64,000 nt of DNA from Gemmatimonadota bacterium (GTDB lineage Bacteria > Gemmatimonadota > Gemmatimonadetes > Gemmatimonadales > Gemmatimonadaceae), in the NCBI GenBank assembly GCA_040389905.1, contig JAZJZK010000005.1:224001-288000 (forward strand), in the 5' to 3' direction. Each line of letters begins with the position of its first letter. The first letter of the stretch is position 1. The position numbers were made by a program, and so were the translations under genes. The notes beneath the pieces are model-generated. The model was not told where the DNA came from, made no database searches, and was given only the letters and a program-made list of their open reading frames with translations. Positions 28,320-38,563 of the stretch are shown piece by piece.

Positions 28320-28894
28320 TGGCACAGGTGAAGATTCCGGCGGAGAACCGCACGATCACGGATGATGGCGCGGTGGGCCAATACCTGGCGTCGCAAGGCA
28401 TCGACTACGAACACCTCGGCTCCGTGCCGACCGCTGTTGGTGCGACGTCGGGGGAACTGCTCGCGGCCTATGCGCCGAAGATCGACGAACTGAAGGCGCG
28501 CGGGGGGTACATCACCGCGGACGTCATCGATGTCAAGGACGATACGCCGGGGTTGGACGCCATGCTGAAGCGCTTCAGCAGCGAGCACTGGCACGACGAG
28601 GATGAAGTTCGGTTGATCGTCGAGGGTCGAGGGATTTTTCACATCCACCCAACTGACGGTCCGGTGTTCGTGATCGAGGTTGCGGCGGGTGATTTGATTC
28701 GGGTTCCCAGGGGAACACATCACTGGTTCGATCTGTGTGGCGAGCGTCGCATTCGCGCCATTCGGCTCTTCCAGGATATCTCGGGATGGACGCCGCACTA
28801 TACCGAGAGTGGGGTCGACACGGGTTTCCAACCGTTGTGCTTCGGGCCGGCGTACATCCCTCAGGCGAGAGTGACGCCCAGTATCGACGTATGA
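28319..28894 (+). CDS. mtnD: Acireductone dioxygenase (cupin)
   Basis: [33 protein letters not shown] and [15 protein letters not shown]. Confidence 0.95.
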   Translation: MAQVKIPAENRTITDDGAVGQYLASQGIDYEHLGSVPTAVGATSGELLAAYAPKIDELKARGGYITADVIDVKDDTPGLDAMLKRFSSEHWHDEDEVRLIVEGRGIFHIHPTDGPVFVIEVAAGDLIRVPRGTHHWFDLCGERRIRAIRLFQDISGWTPHYTESGVDTGFQPLCFGPAYIPQARVTPSIDV

Positions 28895-29655
28895 GTGCCG
28901 GCGTCACGTTATCGCCCTCGGTGCGAGGCATTGTTCTCGACATCGAGGGAACGACGACGCCGATTTCGTTCGTGCACGAGACGCTGTTTTCCTACGCGCG
29001 TGAGCATCTGCGTGAATTGTTGGCGGAGGCCGATCGTGACGACGTGCGCGTCGCGCTCGAGGGTCTTCGTCGCGAATGGGACGCAGATCCGGAGGTGCAG
29101 GCCCTTCGTTTCACCCAGGGCGACAGAACGAGCGGCTCCTTCGGCACGATGGCGTACCTCACCTGGCTCATGGACCGGGACAGGAAATCACCTGCGTTGA
29201 AGACCTTGCAAGGGCTGGTGTGGCAGCGCGGATACCAAGCCGGAACGCTCTCCAGCGAGGTCTATCCGGACGTCCCGCGCGCCTTCGCGCGGTGGCGGGC
29301 AGACGGACTGCGCATCGCCATCTATTCATCGGGAAGTGTGCTCGCTCAGCGCCTCCTCTTTGCGCACACGACCCATGGCGATCTGACCCCGTTCATCGAG
29401 CAGTATTTCGACACGGGGGTTGGCGCGAAGCAGTCGCAGGACAGCTATGTACGGATTGCCGAGGCGATGGAATGTGCGGGAGGCGAACTACTCTTCGTCT
29501 CTGACATCATCGGAGAGCTGCACGCCGCACGGGCAGCGGGGATCGACACGCTCCTTTGCGTCCGGGACGCGAGCGCCGATGTGATTGATTCGCGTCCCAA
29601 GACGATCGCCACCTTTGACGAGATAGCCGGACCGGGCACGACTCCGCAGAGATAG
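28891..29655 (+). CDS. mtnC: Enolase-phosphatase E1 (acireductone synthase)
   Basis: [43 protein letters not shown] and LFVSD. Confidence 0.95.
   Translation: MSAGVTLSPSVRGIVLDIEGTTTPISFVHETLFSYAREHLRELLAEADRDDVRVALEGLRREWDADPEVQALRFTQGDRTSGSFGTMAYLTWLMDRDRKSPALKTLQGLVWQRGYQAGTLSSEVYPDVPRAFARWRADGLRIAIYSSGSVLAQRLLFAHTTHGDLTPFIEQYFDTGVGAKQSQDSYVRIAEAMECAGGELLFVSDIIGELHAARAAGIDTLLCVRDASADVIDSRPKTIATFDEIAGPGTTPQR
29091..29133 (+). repeat. Family B REP half-site inside mtnC, in frame
   Basis: GGAGGTGCAGGCCCTTCGTTTCACCCAGGGCGACAGAACGAGC matches the reverse complement of 51764-51806 at 39/43. Confidence 0.85.
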
Positions 29656-29686
29656 CCGAGCGCCGGCGTTCGTCCTATCTTCGCGC

Positions 29687-31333
29687 ATGAGCTCTCCCTC
29701 CATGGCACCCGCTAACGGCTCCGCGTCCGGTCCGGTTCCGTACCGGTGGGCAACCACCGGCGACATCAACGCCTTCTTCGGCTTGATGCTCGACAACGTG
29801 GTAAATCTCGCAGTTCTCGCCGGCATCCTCGTCGCCGCCTTCGGATTCCCCGCGCAGCTCGTCTACACGCGCATGTTTCCGGGCACCGCCTTCGGCGTGA
29901 TGTTCGGCGACATCGTCTATACCATCATGGCGATTCGCCTCGCGAAGCGGACGGGCCGGACCGACGTGACGGCGATGCCCCTCGGACTCGACGCCCCCTC
30001 GACGATCGGCATGGCGCTCACCGTGCTCGGACCCGCCTTCGTCGTCGCAAAGGGCCGGATGCCCGAGGCCGACGCCGCGATCCTCGCGTGGCAGGTGGGC
30101 ATGGCCGTGATGGTGCTGATGGGCGTCTTCAAGCTCATCATGTCCTTCATCGGTGATCGCATTCGTCGCGCGATCCCGGAAGCCGGATTGCTCGGCTCCA
30201 TCGGCGGCGTTGGCTTCGCACTTCTCGGTACGCTGCAACTCGGCGAGATCTATGGCGAGCCGATCGTCGGCATGATGGCGCTCGGCGTCATCCTCTACAC
30301 GCTCGTGGCAAAGATCAAGCTACCATTTCGAGCACCGGAGGTGCTCGTCAGCGTATTGATCGGCGCCATCCTCTACTACGCACTCGGTGCACTCGGCCTC
30401 TCGGTGCATCACGTGGCGACGCCGGTGGCGAGTTTCCCGCTCGGCTTTCCCACGCCCTCGCTGGGATTCCTGACAGGCATGCCGATCGCGGTGCGTGACT
30501 ATCTCCCGCTCGCGTTGCCCTTTGCGATTCTCACGGTCATCGGCGGCATCAACGTCACCGAGAGTGCACGCCTCGCCGGCGACGATTACAACACGCGCGA
30601 CATCCTGCTGACGGAAGCGATTGCCACGCTCATCGCCGGGGTGTGCGGTGGGGTCAGCCAGTCGACGCCGTACATCGGCCATCCCGCATACAAGGCAATG
30701 GGAGGGCGTGCGGGGTACACGCTCGCGACCGGGTTGTTCATCGGACTCGGTGGAATGCTTGGCTACATCGCCTTTATGGCGGATGCGATCCCGAAGCCTG
30801 CACTGGCGCCAATCCTGGTGTTCGTCGGGCTGGACATCGCGGACCAAGCCTACACCGCGACCCCTCGGCGCCACGCCGCTGCGGTGACGCTCGCTGTTCT
30901 TCCGTCAGTTGCGCAACTGGTGTTGATCTTTCTCTCGCAGGTGTACGGGGGCGCGCTGTTGGCGTCGGCGATCGATCCGGCAGGCACGATGAAGGCCACG
31001 GGATTGATGAACCCGGATTTCATCAAGACCTGCGGCGTGATGGTGCTGCTGGCGCACGGCTTCATTCTTACGGCGATGCTGTGGGGCGGGGCGGTGGCAT
31101 TCATGATCGACCGGCGGATTCAGGCGGCCGCCGTGACCCTCGCGGTGTGCGGGGCGCTGTCATTCTTCGGTGTGATCCACTCCGTTACTGCCACAGGAGG
31201 GATCTACCTGCCGTGGACGACAGGCTCGGCGCTGCCGTACCACTGGACGGTGGCGTATTTCGGGTTCGCCGTGATGATCTTGCTATTGTCGAAATCGAAG
31301 GAGTTCCGCGAGGCGCCTGCGTTCGCACAATGA
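29687..31333 (+). CDS. NCS2/AzgA-like nucleobase/nucleoside permease
   Basis: Multi-pass membrane protein; GDINAFFGLMLDN, TAMPLGLDAPS, NVTESARLAGDDY and TPYIGHPAYKAMGGRAGY. Confidence 0.8.
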   Translation: MSSPSMAPANGSASGPVPYRWATTGDINAFFGLMLDNVVNLAVLAGILVAAFGFPAQLVYTRMFPGTAFGVMFGDIVYTIMAIRLAKRTGRTDVTAMPLGLDAPSTIGMALTVLGPAFVVAKGRMPEADAAILAWQVGMAVMVLMGVFKLIMSFIGDRIRRAIPEAGLLGSIGGVGFALLGTLQLGEIYGEPIVGMMALGVILYTLVAKIKLPFRAPEVLVSVLIGAILYYALGALGLSVHHVATPVASFPLGFPTPSLGFLTGMPIAVRDYLPLALPFAILTVIGGINVTESARLAGDDYNTRDILLTEAIATLIAGVCGGVSQSTPYIGHPAYKAMGGRAGYTLATGLFIGLGGMLGYIAFMADAIPKPALAPILVFVGLDIADQAYTATPRRHAAAVTLAVLPSVAQLVLIFLSQVYGGALLASAIDPAGTMKATGLMNPDFIKTCGVMVLLAHGFILTAMLWGGAVAFMIDRRIQAAAVTLAVCGALSFFGVIHSVTATGGIYLPWTTGSALPYHWTVAYFGFAVMILLLSKSKEFREAPAFAQ

Positions 31334-31354
31334 GTGAGTTCCCATCCTGAAGCA

Positions 31355-31469
31355 TGTCATCCCGCACGAGCCGACGGCGAGTGTCGGGATCTACTCTCTG
31401 GGGAGAGGGGCCAGCTTATGGCGCAAGGACGATAGATCCCGACATGCGCTTCGCGCATGCGGGATGACA
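31355..31469. repeat. REP-like palindromic element, family A
   Basis: TGTCATCCCGCA...TGCGGGATGACA with inner TGTCGGGATCTA/TAGATCCCGACA; lies between convergent genes. Confidence 0.9.
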
Positions 31470-31501
31470 ACGAGTATCAGGACGAACACGACACGCCCGA
31501 G

Positions 31502-31846
31502 CTAGAGATCGAGCACGAGGCGGAGCCCGCGAGCGACGGCCGTCATCGTCGCGCCGTCCACTGCGCCGATTCGCTTGATCAACGCTCTACGGTCGACCGC
31601 GATTGGCTGCGAAACATTGACAACCGAGTCCTTCTCGAGCGCTGAGTCACGCGCACGGATCAGGACATTACCCGGCGCATCTGCTCGCTGGATGTTGGTG
31701 GTGAGCGGCACGATGACCGTGCTGGCGATTCTGCTGTGATTGAATCCGTCGCTCTGCACAACGAGCACCGGACGACGAAAGCCGGGCGCTGCGCCGACTG
31801 GAGCGTCGAGGTCCGCCCACCAAAGCTCGCCGCGGCGGATCACCAT
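31502..31846 (-). CDS. mazF: PemK/MazF family toxin
   Basis: IRRGELWWADL, GFRRPVLVVQSDGFN, VPLTT and LEKDSVVNVSQ. Confidence 0.92.
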   Translation of the reverse strand: MVIRRGELWWADLDAPVGAAPGFRRPVLVVQSDGFNHSRIASTVIVPLTTNIQRADAPGNVLIRARDSALEKDSVVNVSQPIAVDRRALIKRIGAVDGATMTAVARGLRLVLDL

Positions 31847-32076
31847 TCGTTCGTCGCGAGGGTCCGTCGAGCGGCCTCGACCAGAAAAGAGTCCGGGCGA
31901 CCATCCTCCACGGCGTAGACCGCATTCAACCGTTCGGTCACCTCCGCATGCCGGTGCTTTGCCACATACTCGGCCAGCGCTTCCGCGACGAGCCCACTGC
32001 GGCTCTTGCCAAGGCTCCTGGCGAGTGCTTCAGCCTCAGCGTATAGGTCATCAGGGAGGGAAATAGCTGTTTTCAT
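31840..32076 (-). CDS. RHH antitoxin
   Basis: MKTAISLPDDLY...GKSRSGLVAEAL...VTERLNAVY; overlaps the toxin start. Confidence 0.88.
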   Translation of the reverse strand: MKTAISLPDDLYAEAEALARSLGKSRSGLVAEALAEYVAKHRHAEVTERLNAVYAVEDGRPDSFLVEAARRTLATNEW

Positions 32077-32094
32077 ACCTGAAGTATACCAAAG

Positions 32095-35000
32095 TTATAC
32101 CAAGTGGTCCAGCGGCCACTCTCCCTGCTCCTGATCCAGTGACGTCGACACCCCAAGCGGAAACATTGGCGATCCCGGGGACCACAACTCGATGGTTTCC
32201 GCGTGCTCCTCGAAGTATCGGGCATCGGTCGTCACCCGTACCTCGGCAGCCATACCGGGCGCGATATACGCGTACTCTCTGTTCGACATCTCACGAACGC
32301 CGATCCCTGGTGGCCTCGCATCCTCGCGGCGAAGTACCGCGTCGAGCATCGCCAGGTTCAGCGCCGGCGCCGGTCGCGCAGGCATTTCAAGTGCATCATC
32401 CGTGAGGACATCGAGGTCGAGACCGGAGTGCTGCGCTTCCATCGCATCCACTTGGCTCGTCACGCTGGAGGCGAGCAGTGCACGAACTTCCTCGGTCGCG
32501 CGGCCTCCTCGAAGAACCGTGTCGGCGATCGTTCGCGGCAAGCTCGACAGGATCGGCTGAAGCCGTCCGACGACCGATTCGAACAGCTTGATGCGACTCC
32601 GGAGCGCCATGTAGACGTCTGCCTCGACCGTGTCCTGATAGTGCAGGTTCAGGACGCGGATTACTGGATACTTCTGTCCGAGCCTGTCAATGCGTCCGAT
32701 CCGTTGCTCGACGCGCATGGGGTTCCACGGCATGTCGTAATTCACCATTGCGCCGCAGAATTGGAAGTTGAGTCCTTCCGCGGCAGCATCGGTGCACAGG
32801 AGAAGATCCGCCTTGCCTTCGCGAAAGCGGCGCTTCACGTCGTCGCGGGACACCGAGAGCCAACGCCCATCCGTCGAGAGAATCTCCCCACCTCGCCCGG
32901 AGAAGCACATGATCGACCCAAGCTCCTGCGTTGCGAGATACTTGCGCAGGAAGTCCATGGTGTCGGTGAATTGCGTGAACACCATCGCTTGGGCGTAGCC
33001 ATCCTGGCGCATGCCTCGCAACACCTCGGCAAGCTTCAACGCCTTGGTGTCCACCGGCAGCGCCGCGACACGACGGAGCAATGCCTCGATGTCACCGCGT
33101 TCCTCCGTCTTCAGCGCCTCCTGCTCGAGTCGCGCCGCCTCATCGGCGTCCATGACCTCGTCCTGGGCTTCATCGTCAGACGCATTTTCCGCGGCAGACA
33201 TTGGCTTCTGAAGCGGAACGAGTCGATTTTCCAGAGTCTGTCCGAGCGCGCGAAAGCTGCTCGCCAGCCGCCGACGGTAGACCGTCATCACGAAGCCGAC
33301 CGCGTTCTTCGCAGTCGGCGACGCCTGGTTGTACGTCGTGGAGATGTAGTCCTCCACGGCCTCGTATGCCGAGCGCTCCGCGGGTGTGAGGTGGATGAAG
33401 ACGTCTCTGACGTCACGATCGGCAATCGGCGTGTCGATCTTGCCCGCCTTGTAGTATCTCCGCAGCAAGTCACGCGTATGACGCGAAACGAGATTCGACA
33501 CCGGCGTGGTGGAACGCATCAGCCGAAGCGCCGCTGCACGATTCTGCGCATCCAGCTGCAGCCGTGGAATACCGGATGCGTCACGAAGTGCAGCGAGAAT
33601 CTTGTTCGCACGCAGCTTGCTGGCGACGTCAAGCCTCGTCATCGTCGCCAGCGTTGTCTCACCATACGCACGCTCTGCTTCCCGGAACATCTCTGCCAGC
33701 TCGTCGAACTCGGTGACGGACGGAGCCGGCTTTCCGACCAGGTCGAAGAACCTCAAGAAAGCCGACTCACTCCACGCAGCGGGGAGGCCGAGCAGATCGA
33801 GAAGATCCCACATCTCGACAGGGTGCACCTGCATCGGCGTCGCGGTGAGCATGAGTAGACCCTTCGTTCTCTCGCGCAACCGGCGCATCAACCTCAGAAG
33901 CGCATTCGGCCCCTCCTCGGCTTGAGACCCTGCGCCCTTCCTACGTGCATGGTGTGCCTCGTCGAGAACGATCAGGTCCCAGGGCTCGGCGTCTTCACAC
34001 AACTCCTTCTCGCGATCGCGCCGTCGCATGAGATGGCTCGAGGCAATGACCACATCGTCCCTGTGCCAATCGGCGCGCGAAACCTGTTTCCGATCAGCGC
34101 CCTTCTTTCCCGGAGACGGATACCAGGTCAGGGCGCCTTCGTCATAGATTGGCCAGTTGAGATTGAACTTCTCGCGCAATTCCAGCTGCCACTGCCGCAT
34201 GACCGCCGCAGGCGTAAGGATCAGGATGCGACGTGCTCGCTTCGCGAGCCAGGCCTGCCGCACGAGCATTCCGGCCTGGATCGTCTTGCCGAGTCCTACT
34301 TCATCGGCGATGAGGAGCCGAGGTGCGTCGCTCGCGTAAAGACGTTCGAATGCGCGAATCTGGTGCGGCCAGGGTTGGACGCTGCACGTTGCCTCGCCGA
34401 CGAGCGAGCCGCCGTTCTCGAAGGTTGGCGCGCGCTCGATGTAACTCCAGACCTGTTGTCGCAGATCGAGTGGTGGCGGGCGGTCTGCTTGGGGCGGGCG
34501 TGGCTCGGTTGCCTCTGGTTGCGGGACCGGCAGAGGTGGAGTGTGAATCAGGCGTGCTGGCAAATCGGATTCCGGCATGAAGCGAAGGAGATCGGCCTTC
34601 GCCGCGGCGGGCACATCGATGGTGATGACGCGTTTCGCCTTGTCTGCCCAGATCTTCGCGAAGTCCTCTGCCTCTCGCGCCGCGTGATCTGCCGTGCCCG
34701 TCCAGCTCGAAAAAACGGCGAAGCTTTCCCAGTTTCTCTTCCAGCCAGAGTAGGTCTCGTTAATGGAGCCATTGAACGCGAGACGATTCCCATTGGAATC
34801 CTCGATGACTCCAGCCTTCTCGTGGAAAATTCCCTCAGCGCTCATGGGGACGCGGTTGGCGTCGCAGGGGATGGCGACTTTCACATCGAGAAATCCGTGC
34901 TGCACCATCCACGCGAGGAGCTCCAGCGCCTCCTTCGATGGATCGTCTGGCGGCACGAGTGGACGCTCCTTCATGTGGTGCTCGACCGCATCTCGCAACG

Positions 35001-35253
35001 ACATGCCGTGTGAGATCGCCTCGATCTCTGCTTGCGCCAAGGTGCAGCCGACAATGAGACGCATGCGTCCGTTGTTCCGTACGAGCCCTTCGATGCCGCG
35101 CATGGCGAGTCCAAGTGCCGGTGCGCCGAAGTATCCCGTCGATCGATCGTAACTGACCGCACATTCGAGGGCGGGCACGTAGAACAACTCGACGAGATCA
35201 CCGTCGTCTGGTGTGTACTTGAGCTGCCAGCTGCGCTCGGTGAGACTAGGCAT
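32095..35253 (-). CDS. PLD-nuclease plus SNF2 helicase fusion (restriction-like system)
   Basis: FHEKAGVIED and GSINET PLD motifs; LIADEVGLGKT, DEAHH, TATP and NYDMPWNPMRVEQRIGRIDR. Start set at MPSLTERSW. Confidence 0.92.
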   Translation of the reverse strand: MPSLTERSWQLKYTPDDGDLVELFYVPALECAVSYDRSTGYFGAPALGLAMRGIEGLVRNNGRMRLIVGCTLAQAEIEAISHGMSLRDAVEHHMKERPLVPPDDPSKEALELLAWMVQHGFLDVKVAIPCDANRVPMSAEGIFHEKAGVIEDSNGNRLAFNGSINETYSGWKRNWESFAVFSSWTGTADHAAREAEDFAKIWADKAKRVITIDVPAAAKADLLRFMPESDLPARLIHTPPLPVPQPEATEPRPPQADRPPPLDLRQQVWSYIERAPTFENGGSLVGEATCSVQPWPHQIRAFERLYASDAPRLLIADEVGLGKTIQAGMLVRQAWLAKRARRILILTPAAVMRQWQLELREKFNLNWPIYDEGALTWYPSPGKKGADRKQVSRADWHRDDVVIASSHLMRRRDREKELCEDAEPWDLIVLDEAHHARRKGAGSQAEEGPNALLRLMRRLRERTKGLLMLTATPMQVHPVEMWDLLDLLGLPAAWSESAFLRFFDLVGKPAPSVTEFDELAEMFREAERAYGETTLATMTRLDVASKLRANKILAALRDASGIPRLQLDAQNRAAALRLMRSTTPVSNLVSRHTRDLLRRYYKAGKIDTPIADRDVRDVFIHLTPAERSAYEAVEDYISTTYNQASPTAKNAVGFVMTVYRRRLASSFRALGQTLENRLVPLQKPMSAAENASDDEAQDEVMDADEAARLEQEALKTEERGDIEALLRRVAALPVDTKALKLAEVLRGMRQDGYAQAMVFTQFTDTMDFLRKYLATQELGSIMCFSGRGGEILSTDGRWLSVSRDDVKRRFREGKADLLLCTDAAAEGLNFQFCGAMVNYDMPWNPMRVEQRIGRIDRLGQKYPVIRVLNLHYQDTVEADVYMALRSRIKLFESVVGRLQPILSSLPRTIADTVLRGGRATEEVRALLASSVTSQVDAMEAQHSGLDLDVLTDDALEMPARPAPALNLAMLDAVLRREDARPPGIGVREMSNREYAYIAPGMAAEVRVTTDARYFEEHAETIELWSPGSPMFPLGVSTSLDQEQGEWPLDHLV

Positions 35254-35420
35254 CACACGCTCGGCGGCGAGCGACGCCACTAGTCGGGTCAAACGTTCGC
35301 CGCGGGCGCGCGGGCGAAGAGGGAGTCGCACGGGCATGCGACAACGTAGGCGTTGCCGAGCGCGGGAGCGTCATCATTGTATTGCCGAGCGTATCATTTG
35401 TTGAGCTAACCTCCACCGTT

Positions 35421-35542
35421 TGTCATCCCGCACGAGCGCCAGCGAGTGTCGGGATCTACCGTCCGTGCCCGGTAGCTGGCCATCCTCGCCGCGACAGTAG
35501 ATCCCGACACTCGCTCGCGTTGCTCGCTCATGCGGGATGACA
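35421..35542. repeat. REP-like palindromic element, family A
   Basis: TGTCATCCCGCA...TGCGGGATGACA; lies inside the defence operon, between the MTase and helicase genes. Confidence 0.9.
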
Positions 35543-35605
35543 TCCATGGCCACGCGCGCCAGAACTGGTCGTTCCAGGGCGGCACTAGCCCGGAGAATTT
35601 CCACT

Positions 35606-38563
35606 CTAGACCGTTGGCGCCTTGAAGAACTCGAGCTGCCGCGGCTCGTCCACCTCCGTGGCGTACGCGAGGCGCCGCAGGTTCTCCAGCACTTCGAAGT
35701 CCGTTCCGCTCGCGGCGAGATCGCCGTCCAGATCGAGTCCGCCGAAGGTGCGGCCAACCGGTAGCACTTCGAGCACCGCCTCGAATGAGGCAAAGAACTG
35801 TGGATTTCCTGCGACGCCGGCGTTTTCCAGCATCTCCCGTGCTGCGTCGAGCGTGCGCAGCCGCGCCATGTAGGCGGCGTGGTGAATCGTGTCGATCCAG
35901 GCGCGCGATCCGTCGGCGGGGCCGAGTGCGTGCTTGGCCGCGCGCGTGGATGAATCCCAGATGCGCACGTCGCTCCCTTTCTTTTCTGCGAGCCGACCGA
36001 TGATCTCCTTGTCGAGGTCGACGCCGACGGCGCGGGCGAGACGCAAGGCCTCGTCGTAGGGGAAGACAGGGGCCTTGAAGGCGTCCCACGCAAGCACGAA
36101 GAACGATGTCGCCGGGTCGAGCTCGACGCGCGTCTTCATATGCGTGAGCTGCTCGAGGCGCCACCGCTTCACTTCGCGACGCGCGGCGTTCAGCGCGTCC
36201 TCAGGTGTGACGGCGTAGGGGTCCCACGCTTCGTCGAACAGCTCCTTCTGCTTCTGGCGACGCTTGACTTCGGGTTGTGGTGCGGGCGTTCCGCGCTTGA
36301 GTGGCCACGCCTTGCTGAACTCCTCGAGCGCCGGGCCGAACGATGCGAGGTAAAGGTCGACGCCCCCGATTCCCGCCTTCTGGAATTCCTCGACTCGGGC
36401 GCGGACGGCTTTCGCAACCTTGGGTTCGACGTCCTCCCAGTACTGCACTTCGTCGCCGTGTTTGACGAGCGCACGTGGACGGCATGCGAGGAAGATGGTG
36501 CTGTTCGCGGCGGACTTGTTCTTGATGTGAAGTGAGTCCTCGGCTTCGGTGTTGATCGGCCAGCTTGCGCTGATCGTGAAGCCGGCCTGGATCAGTCCCG
36601 TGGTTAGCGCATCCCACGCACCGGTGGCCTTGTGGGTGAACATCAGGGTCATGATACCATCTGGCTTCAAAACGCGGCGGCACTCGCCGAAGATGGCGGC
36701 CATGCGGTCCTGGTAGTCACGAGCTGCAAGCTTCTTGGCACCCTTTTCACCCTGAAACTTGGCTGGATTGGCGACTGCTTCGTTCTCCTTGTCGGTCAGA
36801 GTCCTGGTAAACAGTTCAGGAAAAACGTGACCTGCTGTGCGCTTGAGCCAGACGTAGAAGAAGTCCGAGAGCTCGGCGTACATGACGTTGTCATAGTACG
36901 GGGGGTCCATGACGATGGCGTCGATGCTCTCATCAGCGATGTGCGGAAGGTTGTCGGCCGAGTAAGAGGAGATGGTGATTGGCGGTGGGACGAACGCGGG
37001 CACCTCGAACAGGCTCGCGACGGCGGAGTTCTTGCGAGCCGACTTCACATCGATGTCTGGACGCGTGAGGCCCACTAATTCCTCGATGCAGTTCGCTGTT
37101 TTCTCAATTGCCCAGTCGTAACCCAGACCAGCAATGAGCGGCGCCATTTCCGCATAAGACGACACGAACGCGAAATCGTGACGGTCGAATATTGAACGGA
37201 CTCGCTGAGTGACGGTGTCCCAACGACAGGACCGGCACCCGTAATTGAGCATCGTGTCCAAGGTAAGGGCGAGATATCCGAATGCGGCCTTCTCTACCCC
37301 TGTCAGTGGCCCGGTAGACTCTGCTTCAACCAGCAAGTCGCGATACACTTGCACCCCGGTAGTGTGGCCAAGGAGCTGCCGAGGCGAAAAGAGGTCACGC
37401 CACCGCGGCATGCCGTATTGAATAGGCCGATCATCGCTGCTTGCTGGAGGGAATGGCTCGCTGGGAACAAGGTCGAGTGCTTCCAACTCCGGCATCCTCT
37501 CCGCCAATGCCTCGCGAATCGCTACGAGGTCGCCTTCTTCAGGTCCCGGCGCGCGAAACCCACGCTCCCACTTTACCCTACTCTTGCCGCCCTTCGTCAC
37601 CGTGGCAAGGCGCTCTCTGTACACGATAGCGTACAGTTGCTCCCCAAGCCCTCCAAGCTGCGCCTGCCGTTTTACTTCATCGCCATCTATAACCCGCGCG
37701 CAATCCGGGAACGGGCAGGTAGCGTCTCCATTCGCAACAGTACCATCCGAGTGATGGTCCGCCGAATGAACAATCTCAAAATCGCAACGTCGGCCGGGCG
37801 AGGATGGACCGTCGCTCACGTTTGGATGGAGCCTCACGCCGATGCCATTCGGAGCGAGGCGCCAATTGGGCGAAAGTGGTATCAAACCAGTGCAATAAGG
37901 GCATGCAATTGTGCGCGCCCACAGGTATGCACTGTCGATTCGACCAGGCGCGCCAGGCTGCGGAAAGAGTGGCGACAATGGGGCGTCCATCCGAGCGCGC
38001 CATCTTGCTGCGAGCGCCACGTACCTCGTGTATACCGCGAGCCCATGCAGCTGTGGCCACTCAACGGTAGCGCGCTCAATTAGCGCGGCAACCGGATTCA
38101 AGTCGTTGCAAATCGTCCGCAATCCCAACCGGACGCATTCGAAAGGGATGCTGCCGCCGCCAGCTGTCGGATCTAGGACCGAAGGGTTGCGAATACCAGC
38201 CCGCTTGCCTTCGCTTGCGATCCACGCGTGATCGGCCGGGGAGGGCACATACGTGAATGCGCGTTTGTAGCCGTATGGATCAGCAACGCGTTCGTCGTCA
38301 CGCTTAGCGTCGTCCATCAAGCGCTTCGCTCGTAGCGGATCGCCGTGAATTCCCAGTACATGCATGTACTTAGCCCGATCGGCATCTGCGGAAAGAACCG
38401 ATGCCAACACCGCCGCCCGCGACGCCACCAATGGCCTCCGCGCCCACCACACATGCAGGTAGTACGTTGGCGGAAGCGCGGTCATCGACCGCCTCTCCCT
38501 CACACTCTCTTCACCAATCTCCGCAATGGGCAGCCACCGCTCGATCAACCGCGGTGTGCTCAT
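35606..38563 (-). CDS. DUF1156-containing adenine-specific DNA methyltransferase
   Basis: LHVWWARRPL (DUF1156); DPTAGGGSIP SAM motif; CPYC and CPFPDC Zn-ribbon motifs; catalytic DPPYYDN. Confidence 0.93.
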   Translation of the reverse strand: MSTPRLIERWLPIAEIGEESVRERRSMTALPPTYYLHVWWARRPLVASRAAVLASVLSADADRAKYMHVLGIHGDPLRAKRLMDDAKRDDERVADPYGYKRAFTYVPSPADHAWIASEGKRAGIRNPSVLDPTAGGGSIPFECVRLGLRTICNDLNPVAALIERATVEWPQLHGLAVYTRYVALAARWRARMDAPLSPLFPQPGAPGRIDSAYLWARTIACPYCTGLIPLSPNWRLAPNGIGVRLHPNVSDGPSSPGRRCDFEIVHSADHHSDGTVANGDATCPFPDCARVIDGDEVKRQAQLGGLGEQLYAIVYRERLATVTKGGKSRVKWERGFRAPGPEEGDLVAIREALAERMPELEALDLVPSEPFPPASSDDRPIQYGMPRWRDLFSPRQLLGHTTGVQVYRDLLVEAESTGPLTGVEKAAFGYLALTLDTMLNYGCRSCRWDTVTQRVRSIFDRHDFAFVSSYAEMAPLIAGLGYDWAIEKTANCIEELVGLTRPDIDVKSARKNSAVASLFEVPAFVPPPITISSYSADNLPHIADESIDAIVMDPPYYDNVMYAELSDFFYVWLKRTAGHVFPELFTRTLTDKENEAVANPAKFQGEKGAKKLAARDYQDRMAAIFGECRRVLKPDGIMTLMFTHKATGAWDALTTGLIQAGFTISASWPINTEAEDSLHIKNKSAANSTIFLACRPRALVKHGDEVQYWEDVEPKVAKAVRARVEEFQKAGIGGVDLYLASFGPALEEFSKAWPLKRGTPAPQPEVKRRQKQKELFDEAWDPYAVTPEDALNAARREVKRWRLEQLTHMKTRVELDPATSFFVLAWDAFKAPVFPYDEALRLARAVGVDLDKEIIGRLAEKKGSDVRIWDSSTRAAKHALGPADGSRAWIDTIHHAAYMARLRTLDAAREMLENAGVAGNPQFFASFEAVLEVLPVGRTFGGLDLDGDLAASGTDFEVLENLRRLAYATEVDEPRQLEFFKAPTV

